A stretch of DNA of 64,000 bases from Obrimoposthia wandeli (GCA_977020255.1 CDROCS010002105.1:310001-374000); one strand, 5' to 3'; shown: positions 29,107 to 41,025, counted from the stretch's first letter. Notes: generated by a model not told the origin, from the sequence alone. A program made the numbers and translations.

Positions 29107-29676
29107 TTATTTCTTACGGCAGAACTCTGCGATGATGTACATAGACTGACCATTCGCTTTACCTGAAACCAACTTAGGATCGTCGCCTAAGTTAATGCCG
29201 CGAACAACAGTACCTTGCTTGATTACGCTGTTCGAACCTTTGATTGGAAGGTCTTTGATGATAGTAACGTCATCACCTTTCTTTAATTCAACACCGTTAA
29301 CATCGCGTGGTTTTTCAGCGTTGTCATCAACAAGGCCTTTATCGGCCCATTCTTTAACATCGTCTTCCATGTACATCATTTCAACTAGGTCTTGTGCCCA
29401 GTCGGTTTTATCTGCAAGACGCGTTAGGTGGCGGTAAGCCAGTACTTGAACAGCTGGTACTTGGCTCCACATGCTGTCGTTTAGGCAACGCCAGTGGTTT
29501 GTATCAGCTGCTTCTGGGTTTTCAATCTGGCTATGGCAAGTTTCACAAAGCAATACACAGTTACCAGCACTTGAATCAGGTGATGCTGCAACAGCATGTA
29601 CCGTCAAGTTAGAGTCAGATGTACATAGTTCACATTTAGAGTCACTACGCTGCTTTAAGGCTTGTTCGATTGTCAT
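29107..29676 (-). CDS. phnA: PhnA domain protein (long form)
   Basis: CELC/CETC zinc ribbon, HWRCLNDSMWS, C-terminal DVNGVELKKGDDVTIIKDL. Confidence 0.85.
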   Translation of the reverse strand: MTIEQALKQRSDSKCELCTSDSNLTVHAVAASPDSSAGNCVLLCETCHSQIENPEAADTNHWRCLNDSMWSQVPAVQVLAYRHLTRLADKTDWAQDLVEMMYMEDDVKEWADKGLVDDNAEKPRDVNGVELKKGDDVTIIKDLPIKGSNSVIKQGTVVRGINLGDDPKLVSGKANGQSMYIIAEFCRKK

Positions 29677-30024
29677 GGGACTTTTTCCATAGTTTTATTG
29701 TGGCGATATTATGCCAGCATTTTGGAAGAAAGAAAGGATGCTGATATTAGATGAATCCTTTTTAAAGTATTCCTGTCGGTTTAAGGGTAATTTGCAGAAT
29801 TAATAAGATGAACGGGTTAATTATTAATCAGCAGTCTACGCTTTTAATTATAAAAATAGACAACACGCGCACTAAAGTTGATATAGAGGTGATCTTTTGT
29901 AAATACAAAGATACTATCATTCACTATATCAATAACCTTGCGCGCTATTATTCGAATTATGTTCAGGTGATGCGAGGAATGTAGAATTATTTTGAAATAC
30001 ATAATTTAAAGACAAGGGATGTTC

Positions 30025-30501
30025 ATGAAAAAGGCAGTTGTGCTATTGGCGTTATTAGCGCTTGTTGGTTGTGATGAAGACGATGTAAAAGACATTCTAA
30101 AGGGTCAAACAACGGTGTTTGCTGTTTCTGGTGTGCAAGTTGAAGGCTCAACAATGTCTGATGGCTACTATAAACTAAGTGATCTTAATGCAGACACGAA
30201 AGCTTCGCTACCTGATAGTTTACCTGATGGTATTAAAGCCGATCTTACTAACGCAGGCATCACAGTACATGCAGAGTCATGCGGTCAAATTGTAGTTGAT
30301 GACGGTTTGTGTTTTGAAAGTGGCAATAAATCCTGTGTACCTGATGAAATTAAAAAAGTGGGCTTAGACGTTTACAAAATTGATTTAGATGACATTAGAA
30401 CAGCACAGAATGCTGGCTTTTACCCGACGCTAGCGGCGGAGTTGGGTGGTCTGTTTGTTCAAATCGATTATGATGATGTTAACTGCACGACGTTGAACTA
30501 A
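30025..30501 (+). CDS. Hypothetical lipoprotein
   Basis: Lipobox LVGC, acidic, four further Cys; alternative start 30019. Confidence 0.75.
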   Translation: MKKAVVLLALLALVGCDEDDVKDILKGQTTVFAVSGVQVEGSTMSDGYYKLSDLNADTKASLPDSLPDGIKADLTNAGITVHAESCGQIVVDDGLCFESGNKSCVPDEIKKVGLDVYKIDLDDIRTAQNAGFYPTLAAELGGLFVQIDYDDVNCTTLN

Positions 30502-30758
30502 TTGTACCTGACCATTTACTTATTCAAAATGGTATAACGAACGCGCATCGTCAAACTTTATAGCCATATCATTATGATGTGGCTTTTTTATGTTTATAAC
30601 TTAACGTTAAATGAGAGTGATCTATCTTTCTTATTTGTCGATGTAATATGTTTACGCTAAATAGATGAAGTCAATCGCACTCCAATGTTTCAATGCTCTT
30701 TGTATTTTTCTGTTTGTGCTTATATTGCCAAAATATTTATAAACAAGGAAAGTGAAAA

Positions 30759-31961
30759 ATGGGTAAGCGAGACTCGGCATTTATCAGAAAGGCGATAAGT
30801 GGAAGCCTATTGAGTATGTGCTTGGTAAGCGCTTTCAGTATTCATGCGAGTGAGATCACACCATACATTGTCGGGGGAACGGATGTACTCGTAGGCGAGC
30901 AAAAGTGGATGGCAACCATACGGTTGAGTGAAGTGAATGACTTGGCGTTTTGTGGTGCAACGGTCATTAATGAAAACTGGGTGCTGACTGCTGCGCATTG
31001 TGTTGTGAGGAGTACAGGCGCTAACGACGATGCTGGAAGTTATTTCGTATTACAACCGAGTCGAATCAGTATTACTACTGGTATTTACGATTTAACCCAA
31101 ACGGATATTGAACACTTTTATTCAGTTTCACATGTTATTGTACATCCTGATTACACCCCCTTCGCGTTTCATGACACTAGCTATGAGTCAGACGGTACAG
31201 TCGTGACTGAATTGGTGCATACCGCATTGGATAGTGACTTAGCCTTGTTAAGAGTTAACCGTGTATTTAGTGATATAACCCCGATAGAACTTGCTAATGC
31301 GTCGAGTGCAGACGAAATTGACACAAGATTAAATGCACAATGGCAAGAGGATGCTCGTCCTAAAAATATCAAAGTTTCTGGTTGGGGAGCCACAAATTCA
31401 GAAGGGACAGAACAATCCAATATACTTCAAGAAACGACATTATCTTTTTTACCCATGAACGAATGTTATGAACGTTTAGAAAATGGCAACGATACGCCTT
31501 TTATTATTGATACCCCTTTTAATAAAACGAAAGTATGTACTTTACCGTCTGAATTATTAGTGGCTGGTGGATCTGTTGGTAATGATTCTTGTAAAGGTGA
31601 CAGTGGTGGACCACTAAGGGCGCAAAATAGCAACAATACGTGGGTTCAGCATGGTATTGTGAGTGGTGGACCAGTTGGCTCGCCTGTGTGTGGCTCGATA
31701 AATCGACCTTCCTTTTACACCCGCGTTGGTACATATTTTGATTGGATTCAATCTTATATGGGCACAGTACCGACCGATTCTATTCTCGAACCAGATTTCA
31801 TTAAAGACAGTCGAAAACAATGCCTTAATGGGGTCGATTCTATTTCGCCAAATAATTGTAACTTGATTGAATATGAAGAGAGTGGTGGAACATCTTCATG
31901 GTTAAGTTTATTGCTGTTAACGCTAATTACTGCCTATAGACGCTATGCCAAATGTAGCTAA
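30759..31961 (+). CDS. Trypsin-family (S1) serine protease with GlyGly-CTERM anchor
   Basis: IVGG, LTAAHC, DLALL, CKGDSGGP; C-terminal SGG + hydrophobic helix + RR. Confidence 0.93.
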   Translation: MGKRDSAFIRKAISGSLLSMCLVSAFSIHASEITPYIVGGTDVLVGEQKWMATIRLSEVNDLAFCGATVINENWVLTAAHCVVRSTGANDDAGSYFVLQPSRISITTGIYDLTQTDIEHFYSVSHVIVHPDYTPFAFHDTSYESDGTVVTELVHTALDSDLALLRVNRVFSDITPIELANASSADEIDTRLNAQWQEDARPKNIKVSGWGATNSEGTEQSNILQETTLSFLPMNECYERLENGNDTPFIIDTPFNKTKVCTLPSELLVAGGSVGNDSCKGDSGGPLRAQNSNNTWVQHGIVSGGPVGSPVCGSINRPSFYTRVGTYFDWIQSYMGTVPTDSILEPDFIKDSRKQCLNGVDSISPNNCNLIEYEESGGTSSWLSLLLLTLITAYRRYAKCS

Positions 31962-32103
31962 ACACGAATAAGTAAGCGTAAATATAAAAGAAAAAGCCAC
32001 CTTACTGTTTGTTTGGGGAACCCAATACAGTTGGTGGCTTTAAATTATTTACAGCAATATCAACCTAAACAAGTATCTTTACTTATCTAGAGTGGTATAA
32101 AAA

Positions 32104-33393
32104 TCAGCGACGGAAAGTCACGCTTTCTGTTTCTTCTAGATTAATACTTGTCACTGCTGGTTGTGTTTCTGCCAGTATTTTCCCATGTCGAATAGAATAA
32201 CGAACAGGTACTTGGCGACGAACTGCATCAAAACCATTCTCGGCAGGTAGAATCAATAAGCTTGCAGCTTTACCTTCATCGATCCCGTAGGTATCAAGAA
32301 TGTTTAATGTACGAGCAGATTTAGAGCTAATAAGATCGAGTGAATTATTAATTTGATCGTAGCCCATCACTTGACACACATGTAGACCCATATGCAAAAC
32401 TTGCAGCATGTTGGCAGTACCTAGAGGATACCAAGGGTCAAATACATCATCGTGACCAAAACAAACATTAATATCAGCGGCTAGCATTTCTTTAACGCGT
32501 GTAATACCACGACGTTTAGGGTAATCATCAAAGCGACCTTGAAGGTGAATATTCACCAATGGGTTAGCCACAAAGTTAATACCAGACATCTTTAATAGGC
32601 GGAACAAGCGAGAAGTATAAGCACCATTGTATGAGTGCATAGCCGTTGTATGGCTTGCCGTTACCTTATCGCCCATATCAAATTTATGTGCTAATGCAGC
32701 AACTGTTTCGACAAAGCGTGATTGCTCATCATCAATTTCATCACAATGCACGTCAATTAAACGGTCATATTTACGGGCAAGCTCAAACACATAGTGAAGA
32801 GATTCAATACCGTATTCACGCGTAAATTCGAAGTGTGGAATAGCGCCAATAACATCTGCGCCTAGCTTTACAGCTTCTTCCAGTAACTCTTTACCGTTAG
32901 GGTAAGACAGAATACCTTCTTGTGGGAAAGCCACAATCTGAATATCAACCCATTCTTTCATCTCTTCTTTTACTTCAAGCATGGCTTTAAGCGCAATAAG
33001 AGTAGGGTCTGAAACATCAATATGGGTACGAACATGCTGTACACCATTGGCAATTTGCCATTTCAGCGTTTGCTTGGCGCGTGATTTTACATCTTCAATA
33101 GACAGTAGTGATTTGCGCTCAGACCAGCGCTCGATACCTTCAAATAAAGTACCTGAAATATTCCAGCTTGGCTCGCCTGCTGTTTGTGTTGTATCTAAAT
33201 GGATGTGAGGTTCACAGAAAGGCGGTACTGCAAGACCACCCTCACCATCAACAATTGTACTATCTGCATTAACGGATAGATTAGTATCCATTGATGTAAT
33301 TGTTTTAAAACGTCCATTTTCAATTAGAATTTGATGCAGGCCTTCCGTGCCTTGTAATGTGATGTTTTTAATTAGCATATTCGAAGATTGCAT
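32104..33393 (-). CDS. codA: Cytosine deaminase
   Basis: EPHIHLD, WSERK, HCDE, SHTTAM, FGHDD; co-transcribed with codB. Confidence 0.96.
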   Translation of the reverse strand: MQSSNMLIKNITLQGTEGLHQILIENGRFKTITSMDTNLSVNADSTIVDGEGGLAVPPFCEPHIHLDTTQTAGEPSWNISGTLFEGIERWSERKSLLSIEDVKSRAKQTLKWQIANGVQHVRTHIDVSDPTLIALKAMLEVKEEMKEWVDIQIVAFPQEGILSYPNGKELLEEAVKLGADVIGAIPHFEFTREYGIESLHYVFELARKYDRLIDVHCDEIDDEQSRFVETVAALAHKFDMGDKVTASHTTAMHSYNGAYTSRLFRLLKMSGINFVANPLVNIHLQGRFDDYPKRRGITRVKEMLAADINVCFGHDDVFDPWYPLGTANMLQVLHMGLHVCQVMGYDQINNSLDLISSKSARTLNILDTYGIDEGKAASLLILPAENGFDAVRRQVPVRYSIRHGKILAETQPAVTSINLEETESVTFRR

Positions 33394-33440
33394 CTTGTTA
33401 TCCTTATGCGTTTCTCTGACGTTTATAAATATATCTGATT

Positions 33441-34682
33441 CTAAGCTTGTTCTGGCACTTTTTCAGCAAAACGGTTCAAAAGCGGATTCAGAATCAGGTA
33501 GCTGATAGCACCACCCAGAACCGCATTAACAGGTACAATTCCTGGTAGGAAATGACCAGCAGCAATACCAATTGCCATACCCGCAATAGCAGCCCAGTTT
33601 ACTGTTTTAAATTCAGCGTTAGCAAAATCTTTGTAACGATGACGGTTTTTCAAAAAATCTGCAATGATTATGCCGCCAATGGGTGGAATTGCCGCAGATA
33701 GGAACGTTAACCAGCCAACAAAGTTATTGTATAACCAAAGCGCACACAGTGTACCGACTACACCGTTAATCATTGATAGGTACTTACTTGGCAGCCCTGT
33801 AATGTTAGAAAACCCTAGCCCTGACGCATAAAGCGCATTGTCATTGGTTGTCCAGATGTTCAGCCCTAGAACGATGATGGCAGGAATAAGGAGCCCTTGT
33901 GCAATCATAACCTCTGAAATATCAGACTGGCCCGTTGCAGCTGCACCCGCCGCACCGAATAAAAACATTAATGAGTTGCCCACAAAGAAAGCAGCCATAG
34001 TGACGAAAACCGCGCTTCTTGGTTTTTTGCCAAATCGAACAAAGTCAGCCGTTAATGTACCGGCTGAAATGAATGAGCCCACCACTAAAACTAACGCTGT
34101 TGAAAACGCCATCGGTTCTGCTGGTGTTACGGCTCTTAATCCATCGATGCCGCCCACACTATTGACCGCTTCATTGACAGAGTAACCGCCCAGAATAGCG
34201 ATAGCAGGAACAGCAATTGCAGAAAGAATCATTAAGGCAGAGATGCCGAAGTAAACAGTGGCGGTCATTAGAAGACCAGAAACGAGGATGAGGATGTTGG
34301 TATCAATGCCAGTGGCTTTATGAACGGGGATAGAAAACATTGCGACGCCAACACCAAACCAACCAACTTGTGTGCCGCCGAGAATGAGTGAAGGAAGCCA
34401 AGAGCCTTTAGAACCAAAGGAGAATCGAGCGAGAAGGTGAGTAGATAAACCGGATGAAGCGCCAATATAACCGAGACAGGAAGTGTATATACCGAGAATT
34501 AAATTACCAATGAGAACTGCGAGAAGAAAATCATCAAAGGAGAGACCAGTACCGAGTGTCCCACCTGTCCACATACTGGCAGAGAAAAACGTTAACCCCA
34601 GCATCACCATGGTAAGCGATGCAACGCCTTTTCTTGCTGAGTTAGGAACCGGACCCAGACTATAGTTATTATCGCTAGCCAT
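33441..34682 (-). CDS. codB: Cytosine permease
   Basis: [31 protein letters not shown]; 12-TM profile. Confidence 0.95.
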   Translation of the reverse strand: MASDNNYSLGPVPNSARKGVASLTMVMLGLTFFSASMWTGGTLGTGLSFDDFLLAVLIGNLILGIYTSCLGYIGASSGLSTHLLARFSFGSKGSWLPSLILGGTQVGWFGVGVAMFSIPVHKATGIDTNILILVSGLLMTATVYFGISALMILSAIAVPAIAILGGYSVNEAVNSVGGIDGLRAVTPAEPMAFSTALVLVVGSFISAGTLTADFVRFGKKPRSAVFVTMAAFFVGNSLMFLFGAAGAAATGQSDISEVMIAQGLLIPAIIVLGLNIWTTNDNALYASGLGFSNITGLPSKYLSMINGVVGTLCALWLYNNFVGWLTFLSAAIPPIGGIIIADFLKNRHRYKDFANAEFKTVNWAAIAGMAIGIAAGHFLPGIVPVNAVLGGAISYLILNPLLNRFAEKVPEQA

Positions 34683-34956
34683 TTTATACCTCTGCTAAGT
34701 CGCTTTCGTAAATATACCCAATTACGAAAATAAAAATTCAATATTATAGATGTTGCATACACTGCGAAAATTTAAACGATCACAACATGTATTGTTATTC
34801 TTGCTACCTTAATATAGGCAAACGGCGCGTATTGTAGTGGTTAAAATGAGACTGTCAACCTAACTTTTACGATTCATGCGAGATTTAACCTTTAAATTAA
34901 ATATATATTCAATTTAAACAGTTGGTTATATTTTATTTTTTTATTATTAACTCTTG

Positions 34957-34972
34957 ATAGAAACGTTTGCAT
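34957..34972. promoter_or_regulatory. Putative PurR box upstream of codBA
   Basis: ATAGAAACGTTTGCAT has the AAACGTTT core and a good right half; E. coli codBA is PurR-repressed. Confidence 0.45.
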
Positions 34973-35257
34973 GTATGAATTGAGTGTTGATAAATTCATT
35001 TTTTCATCTCAATGTGCATTTTGAGTGAGAGAGCGGTGTTTTTCTATTTTTTGCTTAATGGCTCCTGAATAAAGACTGTTCAAACAGCATAAGTGAAAGA
35101 AAATTGTGCATAAGTTTTCAAATGGTCTGCAAAAATAACAGGCTTACACGTTTTGTTTAAGAATTATGTTTTTAATACAAAAATAATAAGAAAATGACAA
35201 AATAAATAAAGAGAATAACAATAGCTGTAATGGTGTGGGTAACTCTGAGTCATTATG

Positions 35258-35292
35258 TTATCCACAGAAGCTGTGCATAACACTGTGGGAAA
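35258..35292. promoter_or_regulatory. DnaA-box triad (DARS-core-like)
   Basis: TTATCCACA-5bp-TGTGCATAA-3bp-TGTGGGAAA; extra boxes at 35105-35113 and 35234-35242. Confidence 0.65.
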
Positions 35293-35426
35293 TGCTGCAA
35301 GGCTAGAAACGATGCTGGCTCTGATAATGTCAATACATTAAAAGTGAAATGGATATGAAATAATAGTAATCTTGATTTAGTTCAAGTCTTGGTAAATATG
35401 AATAAAAATAAGCCATTTACTTAGAC

Positions 35427-36422
35427 CTATTGCCACTCTTTTTCAAGCCAATTACCGAATTCTAATAGCGCTTTGTGACTGCCACTAAAATGAATCATTA
35501 GCGTTCCCATTACGGATGTGATCGATTTTGTTTGATAAGGGTATCCGATAATCACTTTAGAGAAGTGCGCTAAAATAGGCTCAAATAGAGGGGGGGCTTT
35601 AAAGCTAACATACTGGATTGTTCCTTTAGTTACAGTAATATGTAGTTCAACTTTTCCCCATGAGAAGTGCCCGATTAATTGGCGGCTAAATTCAGGTGAT
35701 TGACCATAATTCCAATCCCAGCTTGATATCACATGAAGTTTTTTACCCAGACCAGGTAAGTTAGGCAGCGGGTTGATATTGAGTCTTTGGCCTTCAGTTA
35801 AGACATTAAGGTGCTTACAGCATGCATTCATTAATGCTTGCTCTATGGTTTCATGATTAATAAACGGATTTGAATCTGATAAATTGCCATATTTTTGTAG
35901 CAGTCTATACGGATCTGATTCTTCATATTGTCGATTAGTAAAAGACTCAACCACAGAGATATCGGTGTTTACACGAATAGTGCAATGTTGAAGGAATCTA
36001 CTATCCACAATTGTATCAACACTATTTGATATTTTCTTTTCTGAAATAATGATTTCGTTATTATTGTTGACCCGACCAATGAGTTTTAATTGCTCAAGAA
36101 ATAATGTGAGTATTGTATTTACCGTGGTTGGGTTAATCGCTAATTGATCACCCATGATCGAAAAATTTGAGTGATCTGGATCTTGATATACGGCACCACC
36201 ATAAGTTTGTCGCCGAACAATACTTAAGTTGCTCTTATGCACGTTTTGAGTATTACAAACGAGCCATGGGTTTTGGTCTTTACCTATATTGATTGATGGG
36301 CGGTTTCGCCATATCAGTAAAATAGCTTGGTTTTTCTTGAGGGAATTAAACAACACATCTTCAACCGCTTGGTTAAACCACGGATTGGTAGATAATGATA
36401 AGTAAGTATGCAATTCCATCAT
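35427..36422 (-). CDS. lplA: Lipoate-protein ligase A family protein, divergent
   Basis: NPWFNQAVED, WRNRPSINIGKDQNPW, RRQTYGGAVYQD, WDWNYGQSPEF, WGKVEL. Confidence 0.8.
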   Translation of the reverse strand: MMELHTYLSLSTNPWFNQAVEDVLFNSLKKNQAILLIWRNRPSINIGKDQNPWLVCNTQNVHKSNLSIVRRQTYGGAVYQDPDHSNFSIMGDQLAINPTTVNTILTLFLEQLKLIGRVNNNNEIIISEKKISNSVDTIVDSRFLQHCTIRVNTDISVVESFTNRQYEESDPYRLLQKYGNLSDSNPFINHETIEQALMNACCKHLNVLTEGQRLNINPLPNLPGLGKKLHVISSWDWNYGQSPEFSRQLIGHFSWGKVELHITVTKGTIQYVSFKAPPLFEPILAHFSKVIIGYPYQTKSITSVMGTLMIHFSGSHKALLEFGNWLEKEWQ

Positions 36423-37189
36423 TATTGCCTAGTAATCAATACAGTGAATGGATTGTACGCATTAGCATACATGTTTTAAACGTATTTATTTCAAATAAAT
36501 TAAGTGGTTATGTTCATTATTGTGTTTATGTTATGTTGTAAGTGCCTGAAAATCAAGCCAATAAAATAGTACAGATACGAATGAGTTAGGCTTTTATCGA
36601 TAGAAATAACTGAAATAGAGACAGAAGTCTCTGCTTTGTGAAAAAGAAGATCACTAGCATATGAAAAAATACGCCAAACCAATTTTTTGCTGTAAAAAAT
36701 ACACACCACGAACAATAAAAATCAGTGACAGTATTACTGGATAAAAGATAAGTAACACCGCATAGAGCCGAACAAAACTCGCCCTTTGGGAGTGATTCAG
36801 TGTATCTATTTCTGTGTCAAATGTGTTTGAAAGGGAATGCCATTCCTACACACATTTTCCTTGAATTCAGCACTAATTATCAACTATTTTATTAATAACC
36901 ATGTTAGAGGGGGGATCGGCCACATCTTAAATATTAAGCATTTCTTGTGGCTGTTTAACCTCTTTTTTCGTTGTCTTATTTTGTTACATTTATCAAAGTA
37001 GAGTATTCGCTTTAGATTGTTGATCTTGGTATTCATTCAGCGTACAGTTGTACTCTGAGTAGGCTTACACGTGTAAGCTGAATGGTTAAAATAGAATGTG
37101 AACCATTAAATTTCAATGGCTTGTGTTGCTGTTGCAATAATATATATCGGCATGGGGTTGATATATTTCATCTATAAGGAGTAATGACG

Positions 37190-37279
37190 ATGATTAAAAA
37201 AATAAAAAATTGGTTAGATCTGAGAGCAATTCGCAAAAACGATGATTGGGAGTCAGACTTTTTTTCACTCTACTTTTAA
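37190..37279 (+). CDS. Putative small protein, 29 aa (MIKKIKNWLDLRAIRKNDDWESDFFSLYF)
   Basis: AAGGAG at 37176-37181, 8 nt before ATG; followed by hairpin 37308-37341; below the ORF-track cutoff. Confidence 0.5.
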   Translation: MIKKIKNWLDLRAIRKNDDWESDFFSLYF

Positions 37280-37395
37280 CTTTGAGTATTTTGCCGATAG
37301 TCCTTAATGGTCAAGTTTGTTGTAGCGGGTAAATTTGACCAGCAACATGTAATGAAAATGTATGCTGGTCGTGTACATATTAGTAACTCTGAAGA

Positions 37396-37923
37396 CTAAA
37401 GAATGTTGTTTAATAAATTGACTTCAAATTGATCCGTCGAAATTGTTAAATTTTGTGACATAATTTGAGAATCTAATTTGGCCATATCTTTTTCTAATGC
37501 TGGTAACGTGAGAGAGTTGTTATCCAGTAAGTAAACTTGCTTTAAACTTGCATAGTAGAACTTTAGTATTATAAGTGCATTGACATCATGCAATTCTGCC
37601 TTGTTTTTTATCTTAGTCAGTTTTCGATAAATTTTATTGTGCAGTTGCTTTAACTGCCAAACGTAATAAATTTCTTTAAGATATGGATTATCTTTGAATC
37701 GATTCAATACGCTGACACAAACGATGGCAGCTAACACTACACCGATCAAATTGAGATAGAAATTGCCGGTTGAACCTGAAGGGGCCACCATTTCGGCGCC
37801 AAACAATGCAATTAATACTGCACCAAAAGCGAGAGATAATACGGCTAAACTGGCAACAAAAACCCCAATCACTCGATTGATATTCTTACGATAAACAACG
37901 TTATCAACTTCCATGATCTTCAT
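37396..37923 (-). CDS. DUF3087 family membrane protein
   Basis: YRKNINRV, GNFYLNLIGV, EIYYVWQLKQLHNKIYRKL. Confidence 0.82.
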   Translation of the reverse strand: MKIMEVDNVVYRKNINRVIGVFVASLAVLSLAFGAVLIALFGAEMVAPSGSTGNFYLNLIGVVLAAIVCVSVLNRFKDNPYLKEIYYVWQLKQLHNKIYRKLTKIKNKAELHDVNALIILKFYYASLKQVYLLDNNSLTLPALEKDMAKLDSQIMSQNLTISTDQFEVNLLNNIL

Positions 37924-38040
37924 GTTTAATTTGCATCCATGTTGTGACACTCAATATGGCTGCATTCTACGTAAATTTTGTTTGCAGAGCGATACCCGCC
38001 TCAGATTTCATTTTTTATATTGAGGCGGATATTGTCTTGA

Positions 38041-39153
38041 TTACTGATTTTGGTTGTCTACTTTTTCACTTTCATGCATCCATTCATTAAACAGTTGATA
38101 CCAAATAGCCAGTACAACAGGACCGATAAATAACCCCAGAATGCCAGCTGATACCATTCCACCTATTGCGCCCAGTAATATGACAGGCATGGGTATATCT
38201 AATCCACGTCCCATTAATAAGGGTTTTAAGAAGTTATCACTTAGCCCCGCCAGTAAGCTCCATACTGCAAAAATGGTGGCAGTTGTTGAGTCATGGATGG
38301 AATACACATAGGCAATAACAGGTGCGACAACCAATAAAGCAGGTAGCTGAGCGATAGCGAGTACTAGAACTAAAATGGTAATTAACCCTGCAGTAGGTAA
38401 ACCAATTGCGAACACACCGATACCGACTAGGAATGCTTGAATACAGGCAACCCCTACAACCCCCAATAACACACTACGAATAGTCGCCGTACATAGCGTT
38501 GCCCATTCTTCACCGTGTGTACCCGCAATACGAACCGAAAGTGTATTAACAGATTTTGAAATGCTGGTGGCATTCGCCATAAAAGCGGCAGAAATCAACA
38601 GTGAAATAACAAACATCAAGATACTGACGATACTGTTACCAACAACCGATGCCATCATTGCCAAACCAGAGGTCAGTTGTGGTAAGAATTTTGTGAAGGC
38701 TTTTTCTAGGTTGGTCGAAAAAAGTTGCCATACATCGAAAATTTGCTGACCAATAATGGGAATATTTGCAATTCGTTCTGTCGGGCCAGGAATCTTCAAC
38801 GTACCTGAGCTGATGGTGCTGGTGATACCTTCTACTGATTCAACCATTGAAATAGAAAACATAACAAAAGGAACGGTGAGAATTAGAATGCCAATAAGTG
38901 CAATTACAGTGGCTGATAAGCCTCGTTTACCTTTCAACATATTTTCGAGCTTTACCGTTAACGGCATGAGGGCGACGGCAATAATCGCACCCCATAGAAC
39001 GGGAATAAGAAAGGGTTTTACAATACCGTAAGACCACACTAATAAAATAAATAATAAGCCAACACGTATTGCTGACTCAACCATGTTATTGATAAAGAAT
39101 TGACTTTGTTTCTTGTCGTCGGGCATTTGACTATTCATTGAGTGTCTCGTCAT
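38041..39153 (-). CDS. AI-2E family transporter (PerM/UPF0118)
   Basis: PFLIPVLWGAIIA, DNFLKPLLMGRG, GILGLFIGPVVL. Confidence 0.9.
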   Translation of the reverse strand: MTRHSMNSQMPDDKKQSQFFINNMVESAIRVGLLFILLVWSYGIVKPFLIPVLWGAIIAVALMPLTVKLENMLKGKRGLSATVIALIGILILTVPFVMFSISMVESVEGITSTISSGTLKIPGPTERIANIPIIGQQIFDVWQLFSTNLEKAFTKFLPQLTSGLAMMASVVGNSIVSILMFVISLLISAAFMANATSISKSVNTLSVRIAGTHGEEWATLCTATIRSVLLGVVGVACIQAFLVGIGVFAIGLPTAGLITILVLVLAIAQLPALLVVAPVIAYVYSIHDSTTATIFAVWSLLAGLSDNFLKPLLMGRGLDIPMPVILLGAIGGMVSAGILGLFIGPVVLAIWYQLFNEWMHESEKVDNQNQ

Positions 39154-39319
39154 TAATGATGTCTGGAATTTTGTTGCTCGCTTGCAAGGCTAGAAAATAT
39201 AGTTGCTAGAAATAATCTTAGAACATACTGGAAGGTTTTGTTTAAAAGGCAAATCGAAGCATATGTTGGTTCTGGTTGGCTACACTATTGTTAAAGTATT
39301 TATCTATAATGCTGTCTAA

Positions 39320-40357
<1,038 letters not shown>

Positions 40358-40464
40358 ATCAGCATTGGTGTGGTTTGCGTCGTTATACTCGATATGGGTA
40401 TAGATGTGTCATGAATATTTTTGATCATGACACATTCGTATTTTTTCTTTTAAACATTCAAATA

Positions 40465-41025
40465 TTAAAAGAACGAGCGTTGTAACCACTGCTTCATTTT
40501 TGCCATCATGCTGGTGGCTGGTTTATTGGCTTGCGCGCGATCAACACTAATATAATAAGCTTGCATAAAACCAGAGCGAAGCGTGTCGGTATGTGTAGAT
40601 GAATCTTTTTCTTGACTGTCTGATAGTAGGTTAGCAACCTCTGTTGCGTGATCATTTGCGTAGCTAAAATCAATACCTTGGTAGCCTTGAACAAGTAACC
40701 ATAGAGTCGTGATAACAATAAGTTGGTTGCTGTCTGTTGGTATCAGCTTATCAGCGTGTTCTTTGCCTACTGTTTTCTTAAATACTTGCTGCATATTATG
40801 AAGGCTTTGACGTTTTTGCTCAAAATCCAGTTGAGCTTCATTCTGAGCCTTGGTCATTACACCTAATAGTAAATCATGACGAGGGCTATCAGGTTTTTGC
40901 TGGCATACAGAGTCAAAAAAAGGCGAACAAACCGTAATAAACTGGTCAAGTTCGATGCGTTGTGGGTCATCAAAGGTGAGTTGTTCTAAGCCAATTGCTT
41001 TTAGTTCAGTTTGTAGGTTTATCAT
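40465..41025 (-). CDS. Hypothetical protein
   Basis: 186 aa ORF filling the gap; no family recognised. Confidence 0.7.
   Translation of the reverse strand: MINLQTELKAIGLEQLTFDDPQRIELDQFITVCSPFFDSVCQQKPDSPRHDLLLGVMTKAQNEAQLDFEQKRQSLHNMQQVFKKTVGKEHADKLIPTDSNQLIVITTLWLLVQGYQGIDFSYANDHATEVANLLSDSQEKDSSTHTDTLRSGFMQAYYISVDRAQANKPATSMMAKMKQWLQRSFF

Noticed and set aside
36718-36747. Micro-homology (TTTATCCAGTAAT + ACTGTCACTG, minus strand) to the 14170/17030 duplicated segment
   Set aside because: Two short AT-rich matches separated by a 20-nt indel with no flanking similarity; cannot be distinguished from chance by eye.
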